Positions 1 through 7,287 of a DNA stretch of 64,000 nucleotides are shown one piece after another. The position numbers and the translations under genes are program-made. Each line of letters opens with the position of its first letter. Positions within the stretch are counted from its first letter, which is position 1. Under the pieces are notes generated by a model that was given only the letters and a program-made list of their open reading frames with translations, had not been told where the DNA came from and searched no databases. The stretch comes from a virus: IMG/VR virus record IMGVR_UViG_3300045988_117192, positions 1 through 64,000 of that record; one strand, written 5' to 3'.

Positions 1-248
1 TATTATTCATACTTCTACATATCATCATAATCCTATACATGATACCAAATACTACTTTTCTTACATATAACTAATCATAGTGCTACTATTATTCATACTA
101 TTATTTCAACACTTCTAGTAAACCTCTCGACATATCTCCCTCAAGATATGAAAGAAATAAGCCAAGAGATAATAAACTAGCTACTACACCTAATACTAGA
201 TATAGTAAACAAGTGATGATTTTGTTGATGATTTTCTTCATGCTTGTA

Positions 249-470
249 TTAATGAAATTCAATACATTTAATATCTTCTAATGGTACTAAATTCCAACTG
301 TTGAATGTAGTATTCCAAACATAAAGATAATGATTATCGATATAAGTATCTTCGTATTCTTCATCGCTGAAGTCTACAAATACTCTAAGTTTAGCTTTAG
401 TTACTACTACAAGCTCTTCTTTTAAAGTTCTACCAAACTCTAAAAGTTGTTTTACTTTTTCTCGTGTCAT
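249..470 (-). CDS. hypothetical protein (73 aa)
   Basis: ORF on the minus strand. It abuts a non-coding region that carries repeated upstream motifs. No recognisable domain. Confidence 0.4.
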   Translation of the reverse strand: MTREKVKQLLEFGRTLKEELVVVTKAKLRVFVDFSDEEYEDTYIDNHYLYVWNTTFNSWNLVPLEDIKCIEFH

Positions 471-691
471 AATTAGTCCTCCTAATATGATTTTAATTGT
501 TTATAATGTTAATTGCTTAAGGCATTATTACAAGATAAGATTAAACTAATGCTTATACGATAATTTAGCAAGTTTATAATGGAAGTTCTTGTCTTGTAGC
601 TACTGTTGATAGTCGTCATTGAAACGATGAAACGCTTATATGATGAACTAGCAACGCTTATACGATGAAGTAGCAAGCCTACATCGTAAGC

Positions 692-744
692 AAATCTTGG
701 TCAGTAGTGGAATGAGGTCAAATCTTGGTTAGTAGTGGTTGAGG
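692..744. promoter_or_regulatory. two tandem copies of the iteron-like motif AAATCTTGGTNAGTAGTGGWWTGAGG (692-717 and 720-744)
   Basis: Near-identical 25-26-bp direct repeats with a 28-bp period. They lie upstream, on the minus strand, of ORF 249..470. The same motif recurs at 1602-1626 and 1650-1674. Confidence 0.5.
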
Positions 745-869
745 TTGCACTATTTGTCAATTTGGTGTTTGTGCTTGTGTTGGTGGTTGTATTGTGTTTT
801 TGCAATTTTATTTTTAACAAAAACAAAAGCAGTACTAATTTAAGTACTGCTTTTGTTATGTTCATCTTG

Positions 870-1478
870 TTACATTCCAAAAGGGTTTGGAATAGCAGGA
901 GCTTTGACAATTGCAGGTGCTGTTGTTATTATCTTCATTAACATTTGTTCAAAGATAGGTTTAACATTCGGTTTAACGTCCGTAAATTCAGACGTGATGC
1001 AATCGCGTGAGTATAACTCATTGGAGTTCTTGCGCTGTTCATTTTCTCTGTGCGTTTCGCGCTTTATTGTTACTTGCGCGTTGAGCATAGAAAGGGAGAT
1101 GATTTGCGGATTTATCATTTTACCCATGGCCAAAGCGTCGGCCAATTGAATGTATGAAACAAATTGGCCTACCTGGTTTACTACTGCGTAGATGTTAAGG
1201 CCGAAAATGTTTGTACGCTTCACTTCGCCTGTCTTAAAGTCGATAGTGTTAAATTCTTTGTCAAGGACAAAAGAAACGCGCTCATCGTTGCCCTCTGGTA
1301 GCATTACCTTTGTAATGATACCCGTAATTACTTCGGGTTCTGAAGTGTCACCGTTTTCGGCTTCATCTTCTTGTACATCTTCTTGTACATTTGCTTGTAC
1401 ATTTGCTGCTGCTTGTGCTTGTACTTGTACATCTTCTTGTACTTGTACATTGTTGGTGTTAGTTGCTTCTGTGCGCAT
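870..1478 (-). CDS. hypothetical protein (202 aa) with an N-terminal low-complexity repeat (VQEDVQ)
   Basis: Long minus-strand ORF. Positions 1372-1462 contain a tandem 9-bp CTTGTACAT-like repeat with unusually high GC. This encodes the VQ/ED-rich N-terminus. Confidence 0.55.
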   Translation of the reverse strand: MRTEATNTNNVQVQEDVQVQAQAAANVQANVQEDVQEDEAENGDTSEPEVITGIITKVMLPEGNDERVSFVLDKEFNTIDFKTGEVKRTNIFGLNIYAVVNQVGQFVSYIQLADALAMGKMINPQIISLSMLNAQVTIKRETHRENEQRKNSNELYSRDCITSEFTDVKPNVKPIFEQMLMKIITTAPAIVKAPAIPNPFGM

Positions 1479-1601
1479 AACTTTACTAATTTAATTTGTT
1501 TAAAATATTGTTTTGTTGCTTTGTTGCCCTCTAAGATTTTCAAGGTTTTAAGAACGGGTTTCACCCCTCTTTGCAGCCTTTACTTTTTCTTTTCGAGTGC
1601 G

Positions 1602-1674
1602 AATCTTGGATAGTAGTGGATTGAGATTTATTAAAATTGGAACAATTTTAATCTTGGCATCGTAGTGGTTGAGG
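1602..1674. promoter_or_regulatory. two further copies of the AATCTTGG-N-AGTAGTGGWTGAGG motif (1602-1626 and 1650-1674)
   Basis: Same motif as at 692-744. These copies sit 125-200 bp upstream (minus-strand sense) of the ORF 870..1478 start at 1478. Confidence 0.5.
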
Positions 1675-1737
1675 TGGGGGTATTCGACTTCGCTTATTAA
1701 CTCCGGGGGACTCACTCCAATACCTCCCAACTCACAC

Positions 1738-2040
1738 AATTAAACCTTACTATAGTCTAAACATTTATCATAACCTTTATCATAACTATTATTATAATCA
1801 TAATTACAACTTTTATCATAAACATTTTAACATTAGGCTCTAATAATTAAAACTCTAACTAAATTTTCTATTAAAACAAATAACTAAAACATATGTTTAA
1901 GTTTTAATTAGACCTTACTATAGCCTGAAACTTTCATTACAATAACGATCTTAAACATTATTATAAAAACTATCATAATATTCATTACAATTATTATCAC
2001 AATTATCATCTCAAACACCGCAACAAACATTTTAACATCT
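1738..2040. repeat. two diverged direct repeats of ~130 bp (cores ACCTTACTATAGYCTRAAC at 1744-1762 and 1912-1931; each ends in AACATTTTAACAT) in a G-depleted top-strand region
   Basis: Repeat cores and shared flanks are visible. TTATCATAA-like submotifs are iterated through the region. The top strand is almost free of G from about 1740 to 2380, and also over 1-250. Confidence 0.5.
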
Positions 2041-2383
2041 AACTCATACAATTAGACCTCCAACACAACCTCCTACAACATCTGATTATTTATCTCATAG
2101 TGCATCTCATCTTTCATTATACTATTCATATAATCTTTTATCTTCTTAACTATATAATATATTATCATAATTTATATTACTTTTTTCAATAATGCTAAGA
2201 TTATAAGTTTTATTAATAATTAAAATATTAAGTCTAGCACCACAAAAACTAGAATAATAAAGTGTAGTAAGAGTATAATAAATATAACTAAAAATTTAAT
2301 AACTTAGAACTACAATTTTAATATTACTTACATCTACAGTTGCAATACTATGACTAGCACCTTTATAAACACTAAAACGAGCA

Positions 2384-2523
2384 CTGTTTGAAAAACAGGG
2401 CGAGGCAATAGCTTTTATATATTTTATTTATATATACGTAGTATATATAAATAAAATATATAAAAGCTCTATATTTTAAGATAAAAAATAATACTATATA
2501 CAAAGTATATAGTATTATTTTTT
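2384..2523. repeat. cluster of three palindromes/hairpins (2384-2398 CTGTTTgaaAAACAG; 2410-2468 with a 28-bp perfect inverted repeat and 3-nt spacer; 2483-2523 with a 19-bp inverted repeat and AAA spacer)
   Basis: The palindromes were read directly from the sequence. They lie in the ~1.4-kb non-coding region between the minus-strand and plus-strand gene blocks. Confidence 0.6.
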
Positions 2524-2940
2524 AGATTAAAATATATAATATAATAAATATAATATAATAAAATAAATAACATACACAATACTAGAACAAAATAAAATTT
2601 TAAAATAATTTTAGTATTATAAAACATGGTGTTCTAAATAGTACTCTAAGTTGGACTTATCCAGTTCCCAGTATTAGTATTATACTTTATTCTATACATC
2701 ATATTCAAAGTATATCTGAACATTATCAAATTCATAATACTAAACTTAATAATTGATACTCTAGCAAACATGATGCTGATTTTAATGATGAAACTAATAA
2801 TGAAATTAATAATCATAATATTGTTAAATATATTTAATCATTAACAAAATTATATACAATTTTCTTGTAGTTCAAAATTAAATTATTATATTTGTCATTG
2901 TAATAATTCACATATCAAACAAAGTAATAAACATAGTATT

Positions 2941-3480
2941 ATGATTAAATTTAGTACAAGTGGTAAAAATGGTAGTTTTGAAGTATCTCTACCTACTAGT
3001 CTTTCAGAAATTCCTAATGAATATCTTTATGATGTTACAAAAGATATTGTAATTGCTGATGATTATTCTTTAATTTGTATTTGTTATTGTGAAGCTTTAA
3101 GTTCTGTTCTTTTTGCTTCAAATACTAAAAAAGGTAAAATTACTACAGGTGTTGTTCCTATTTTTATAAAACATGGAGCTACTGATAATACTTATATTCG
3201 TAGTATTAATTGTGGTGATAAACTAGTAATAGCTCCTAGTGATATTGCTATGGGACATCATGTTGTTGCTCCTAATAATAAAATTACAATAGATAACATT
3301 TTATATTGTACTGAAGGAGATAATAAAATTTATCAAGAAGCTTTAAAATTTAATAAACATTGTTATTTCCTTGAATTTAAAATAGTTCCTAATTGTAATA
3401 TTCATGCTTCATATAAAAACAATGTAGAACCTAATAAAGGTGCTAATCTTTTTGTTAATAAAACTATGGTAGGGGCATAA
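2941..3480 (+). CDS. hypothetical protein (179 aa)
   Basis: First ORF of the long plus-strand block. It is followed at 3490-3535 by a motif-derived hairpin. Confidence 0.5.
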   Translation: MIKFSTSGKNGSFEVSLPTSLSEIPNEYLYDVTKDIVIADDYSLICICYCEALSSVLFASNTKKGKITTGVVPIFIKHGATDNTYIRSINCGDKLVIAPSDIAMGHHVVAPNNKITIDNILYCTEGDNKIYQEALKFNKHCYFLEFKIVPNCNIHASYKNNVEPNKGANLFVNKTMVGA

Positions 3481-3489
3481 TAACATAAC

Positions 3490-3535
3490 TCTTCTACGGG
3501 GGAGCTAGATTCCAACTAGTACTCTCGTAGAAGAT
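3490..3535 (+). repeat. dispersed 19-bp motif copy 1: forward TCTTCTACGGGGGAGCTAG (3490-3508), a 7-bp spacer, and a degenerate reverse copy CTAGTACTCTCGTAGAAGAT (3516-3535)
   Basis: Direct read. Intergenic, after ORF 2941..3480. The two copies form an imperfect palindromic dimer. Confidence 0.9.
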
Positions 3536-3553
3536 TAAACTTATACTACAAAT

Positions 3554-4057
3554 ATGAGTGAACAATTTAAATTTCCTAATGGTGGCTATGAAGTTACTGT
3601 TCTTCGTAAACAAGATATTTTAGATTGCATTAATGATAACATAATAGATAAAGAAATCGCTTTAGCTATTGTTGAACAATGTGAAATAGATGCAGCTACT
3701 TGTCTTAGTCAAGGTCGTTGGACTGGACTTCCATATATTGCTAACGTTCAAGTTCCAGCACATATACAAGAGTTTCATAAAAAAGAAAATGAAGAACTTA
3801 ATGATATAGCTAAAGAAGAACTTGAAGGAAAGAAATATGTAATGTTTCGTAAAGAACTTGCAGCTGAATCTGCAAAACATGCTAAACAAGAACGTTTATA
3901 TCGTTATTTAGTTAGTATTGCAGTAACATCTAATAGAAAGCTTTATAAAAGACTTTGTGATGAAAAAGGTGAGTTTTATGCTCGTATTTTTCTTTATGCT
4001 TGTAAAAATATAACTGCTGTTGATAATGAATTTATAATGCTTGAAGATAATGAATAA
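3554..4057 (+). CDS. hypothetical protein (167 aa)
   Basis: ORF with typical coding density. No recognisable motif. Confidence 0.55.
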   Translation: MSEQFKFPNGGYEVTVLRKQDILDCINDNIIDKEIALAIVEQCEIDAATCLSQGRWTGLPYIANVQVPAHIQEFHKKENEELNDIAKEELEGKKYVMFRKELAAESAKHAKQERLYRYLVSIAVTSNRKLYKRLCDEKGEFYARIFLYACKNITAVDNEFIMLEDNE

Positions 4058-4661
4058 TAATAAACTTCTTATAGATAGTTTACTTCTCCTTGATGATACA
4101 GGTATGCCTCAACCTCCTACTTTAAAACAACTTATAGATAGAGATGTTAGAGAGCTTTATCGTAGAGATAAAACTAAAGAAAAGAAGATGTACATTGCTG
4201 AATGTATTGTTATTTATTATCTTGGAGATCCAAAATCACCTGCAAAACAATCAGGACTTAGTGATCCAGAAGCTCTTAAAATGGCTATTGAACAAGCAGG
4301 TCTTCCTAAAACTTATATTCCAGATGTTTTAGTTCTTCGTCTTATTAAAAGATATTATGAAGAAAATATTACTGAAGCTGGTAAAGTTGTAGAAAATATT
4401 CTTAAAGGTGTACATAACATTAATCTTAGTATTGATGTTATTAATAGTTTACTTAATGAAAAGCTTAAAAGTAATCCTACTCTAGAAGAAATTCCTATTA
4501 TTTTAGATATGATGAAACGAGTTAATGAACAAGCTGGTGCTATACCTGCTATGCTTAAAAAACTTGAAGAAGCTAAACAAAATCTTATGTATGAAAAAGA
4601 AACTGAAGTTAGTCGAGGTGGTCAAACAGTTCTTAGTTCAATGGACTCCGAAGCATATTAA
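4041..4661 (+). CDS. hypothetical protein (206 aa)
   Basis: ORF. Its start overlaps the upstream stop, which suggests translational coupling. Confidence 0.55.
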   Translation: MKIMNNNKLLIDSLLLLDDTGMPQPPTLKQLIDRDVRELYRRDKTKEKKMYIAECIVIYYLGDPKSPAKQSGLSDPEALKMAIEQAGLPKTYIPDVLVLRLIKRYYEENITEAGKVVENILKGVHNINLSIDVINSLLNEKLKSNPTLEEIPIILDMMKRVNEQAGAIPAMLKKLEEAKQNLMYEKETEVSRGGQTVLSSMDSEAY

Positions 4662-4857
4662 AACTACTATTATACATAAACTAGGAGGTTATACTGTAGA
4701 TGACTATAAAGCTTATGGTAATAAACGTTATATGGATGGTGTTAAAGATAATAATAAATGTAATAAAGTTTATCTACAACATATTGAAGCTATAGCTTAT
4801 GGTAAATCTAAACAAGAATGGATTAATACAATTCATGATGCTATTAAAAAATTATAA
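4591..4857 (+). CDS. small hypothetical protein; tandem paralog A (C-terminus YGKSKQEWINTIHDAIKKL)
   Basis: Paralogous to ORF 4879..5091 (…LGG…YGKSKQEWIxxIHxAIKxL). The start is uncertain. The ORF track begins it at 4525; the first plausible ATG in the homologous region is 4591. It overlaps the 3' end of 4041..4661. Confidence 0.45.
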   Translation: MKKKLKLVEVVKQFLVQWTPKHIKTTIIHKLGGYTVDDYKAYGNKRYMDGVKDNNKCNKVYLQHIEAIAYGKSKQEWINTIHDAIKKL

Positions 4858-4878
4858 TATTATAAAAACATATCAAAT

Positions 4879-5091
4879 ATGATGAAGAATATTAAAACTA
4901 AGCTTATACATCTTTTAGGTGGTATATCTCAAGATGAAGCAAAGAAATTTATTAATAATGCTTTTCATGATGGTGATGTATATGGTAGATATATTACTAA
5001 ACGTTATTTTATATCATTAGAAGAAAAATTATATGGTAAGTCTAAACAAGAATGGATTGACATGATACATAAAGCTATTAAAAGTTTATAA
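4879..5091 (+). CDS. small hypothetical protein; tandem paralog B (70 aa)
   Basis: Clear sequence similarity to the preceding small ORF. Both end in YGKSKQEWI(D/N)xIHxAIKxL. Confidence 0.55.
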   Translation: MMKNIKTKLIHLLGGISQDEAKKFINNAFHDGDVYGRYITKRYFISLEEKLYGKSKQEWIDMIHKAIKSL

Positions 5092-5092
5092 T

Positions 5093-6100
5093 ATGAGAGA
5101 TACTAGATATGATGAAATTTATCTTTATTTTCAAGAAGAAGGTCATAAATATACAGATAGTTTAGGAAATAAATATTTTTCTGTTACTACTCTAATACAT
5201 GAAAATTATGTTCCTAAATTTAATCGTAAATATTGGCTTCATAAAAAAGCTAGAGAATTAGGTGTTAGTGAAAAAACATTAGCTAAACAATGGCAAGATA
5301 TAACAGATGAAGCTTGTTCTAGAGGAACTGCTACTCATAATGGTATAGAAGATGCTATTAAAGATGTTAGTATGTTTAAAAACGCAATACGATATTTAAA
5401 TCAAGTTGAAAGTGGTCGTGTTGTATCTGTTGCTGATATTCCTAATCTTAAAGTTAAACCTCTTGATGTTGAAGCTTTTAAAGAAGCTACACAAAATAAA
5501 TATCCTGAAATTTATAGAGTATTCCAATACTATACTGATAAAGGATATACTATTTATTCTGAAATAGGTGCTTATCTTATTGATTATCTTATTTCTGGTA
5601 CAATAGATATTCTTTGTATTCGAGATACAGATTTTGTTATTCTTGATTGGAAAACTAATCGTAATGGTCTTCAATTTGAAAGTGGTTATTTTAGAAAAGA
5701 TAAAACAACTATACCTGCTCAATTAACTAATGAATGGGTTCCAAAAAAAGAAGATATGCTTCCTCCATTAAATCATCTTCCTAATTGTAATGGTAGTCAT
5801 TATACTATGCAATTAAGTATGTATGCTAAAATGGTTGAACTCATTTTAGGAATACCTTGTACAGGTTTAGGTCTTTGTCATATAGGAAGTCCTTTTGTAA
5901 AAAATGCTTATGGTATGCCTTATAGAGATGTTGATAATCAATATCCTATAGATCCTAATGGTAAAGAAACAGTAAAATGGTATCGTATAACTTATAGACG
6001 TGCTGAAGCTGAAGCTGTATTAAAAGATAGACTTATTCAATTATCTAGTCAAAAAACTAATTCTGATAATAATCAATTAAATTTATTTCCAAATGATTAA
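5093..6100 (+). CDS. PD-(D/E)xK-type nuclease-like protein (335 aa), putative
   Basis: The segment GTIDILCIRDTDFVILDWKTN contains D…(hydrophobic)DxK, matching the PD-(D/E)xK motif II/III arrangement. No other recognisable features. Confidence 0.45.
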   Translation: MRDTRYDEIYLYFQEEGHKYTDSLGNKYFSVTTLIHENYVPKFNRKYWLHKKARELGVSEKTLAKQWQDITDEACSRGTATHNGIEDAIKDVSMFKNAIRYLNQVESGRVVSVADIPNLKVKPLDVEAFKEATQNKYPEIYRVFQYYTDKGYTIYSEIGAYLIDYLISGTIDILCIRDTDFVILDWKTNRNGLQFESGYFRKDKTTIPAQLTNEWVPKKEDMLPPLNHLPNCNGSHYTMQLSMYAKMVELILGIPCTGLGLCHIGSPFVKNAYGMPYRDVDNQYPIDPNGKETVKWYRITYRRAEAEAVLKDRLIQLSSQKTNSDNNQLNLFPND

Positions 6101-6713
6101 AACTGGTCTTTATAGTAAGTGTCTTACTTATGATTTTAAAAAACTATTTCAAGATAAAGGTTATGCTTGGTTTGATAAAGGTGCTTATAATTTAAATATT
6201 ATAGGTGTTCGTAAAAATAATCCAAACAATAAAATTACAAATCTATATGATGATATTCTTATAGTAGATTATAATACTGAAGTTGGTCATAAACGTCAAC
6301 TATTTAATATAACTACAGAACCTGGAGCTTATTATATGGAGAAACTTAGTAATCCATATGGTACTGCTATTTTAGTTCCTAATCAATATCGTGGTGCATG
6401 GCAGATAGGACTTCATCGTGGTAAGTATAAAGCTCTTGTACAACGTAAACCTGTAAGTGTTTATCGTGATGGTAATAAAAATGATGTTTATGATCTAGAA
6501 CCTACTTCTATCCAAAATGGATTATTTGGTATTAATATACATCGTTCTAATGAAACTTGGACTCGTAATACAATAGATCAATATTCAGCAGGTTGTCAAG
6601 TATTTAATAATCCTACTGATTTTCTTTCTTTTCTTAGACTTTGTGAAAAACAAAAAGCTAAGTATGGAAATAGTTTTACTTATACTCTTATTAACGAAAC
6701 TGATTTGAAATGA
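6093..6713 (+). CDS. hypothetical protein (206 aa)
   Basis: ORF overlapping its neighbours by 8 and 4 nt. Two small membrane proteins follow it. A cell-wall hydrolase role is only a positional guess. Confidence 0.45.
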   Translation: MIKTGLYSKCLTYDFKKLFQDKGYAWFDKGAYNLNIIGVRKNNPNNKITNLYDDILIVDYNTEVGHKRQLFNITTEPGAYYMEKLSNPYGTAILVPNQYRGAWQIGLHRGKYKALVQRKPVSVYRDGNKNDVYDLEPTSIQNGLFGINIHRSNETWTRNTIDQYSAGCQVFNNPTDFLSFLRLCEKQKAKYGNSFTYTLINETDLK

Positions 6714-7015
6714 TTATAAATAAAGAAGATTTTAAAAATGCTATTAAACATTTAATATATTTACTTTGTCTTATAAGTAGTTTAATTATAATATGTTTAG
6801 GTATAACTATACTTTATGATAAACATATTAGCCATAATAGCTCCCCCGTAGAAGAAATTCATAAAATAGATTCTGTTAAACTTGAAAATACTAAACTTAC
6901 TACTGAAATTAATGTTTTAGATAGTATTAAAAATAATAAAGTTAATGATGTTACGAAACTTAATAATGATAGTACTATTAAGTTATTCTATCAACTTATT
7001 AGCACAAAACAATAA
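6710..7015 (+). CDS. small membrane protein (N-terminal TM helix), 101 aa
   Basis: Hydrophobic segment LIYLLCLISSLIIICLGITILY. Contains a reverse copy of the dispersed motif (encoding SSPVEE). Overlaps the next ORF by 70 nt. Confidence 0.4.
   Translation: MIINKEDFKNAIKHLIYLLCLISSLIIICLGITILYDKHISHNSSPVEEIHKIDSVKLENTKLTTEINVLDSIKNNKVNDVTKLNNDSTIKLFYQLISTKQ
6838..6856 (-). repeat. dispersed motif copy 2 (reverse: TAGCTCCCCCGTAGAAGAA)
   Basis: Direct read. In-frame within ORF 6710..7015 (SSPVEE). Confidence 0.9.
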
Positions 7016-7286
7016 ATACTCTTCTACGGGGGAGCTAGATAGTGTACGTATTTCTTATAATGATTTACGTATAGTTAATAGTAAACTTATAGAACTTAAT
7101 TACACTAAGCAAATTAATAATAAATTATATAATATTATACGTAATGATAGCATAATTATAAATAATTATAAAAGTGTAAATGATAATTTTAATAAAACTA
7201 TAAATAAATATAAACGTCAACGTAATGTTGCTTTTATTACTTCACTTTGTGCTATTGTTGGTATAATTTTTTCTTTTGTAAAATAA
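6945..7286 (+). CDS. small membrane protein (N- and C-terminal hydrophobic segments), 113 aa
   Basis: N-terminal MMLRNLIMIVLLSYSINLLA and C-terminal VAFITSLCAIVGIIFSFVK. Contains a forward copy of the dispersed motif (encoding SSTGEL). Confidence 0.4.
   Translation: MMLRNLIMIVLLSYSINLLAQNNKYSSTGELDSVRISYNDLRIVNSKLIELNYTKQINNKLYNIIRNDSIIINNYKSVNDNFNKTINKYKRQRNVAFITSLCAIVGIIFSFVK
7020..7038 (+). repeat. dispersed motif copy 3 (forward: TCTTCTACGGGGGAGCTAG)
   Basis: Direct read. Forms a perfect 18-bp inverted repeat with copy 2; the two bound a 201-bp segment. Confidence 0.9.
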
Positions 7287-7287
7287 T

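Noticed and set aside
1690-1712. An additional motif copy at 1700-1710 (CTCCGGGGGACTCAC)
   Set aside because: It shares only the CGGGGGA core (7-8 nt). Flanks do not match the TCTTCTAC / GCTAG arms. Treated as a coincidental G-run.
1740-2400. DnaA boxes (TTATNCACA) among the iterated TTATCATAA/TTATCACAA motifs
   Set aside because: None matches the 9-mer consensus in register. They are only TTATC-type iterations. The origin hypothesis is kept only at the level of repeat/palindrome architecture.
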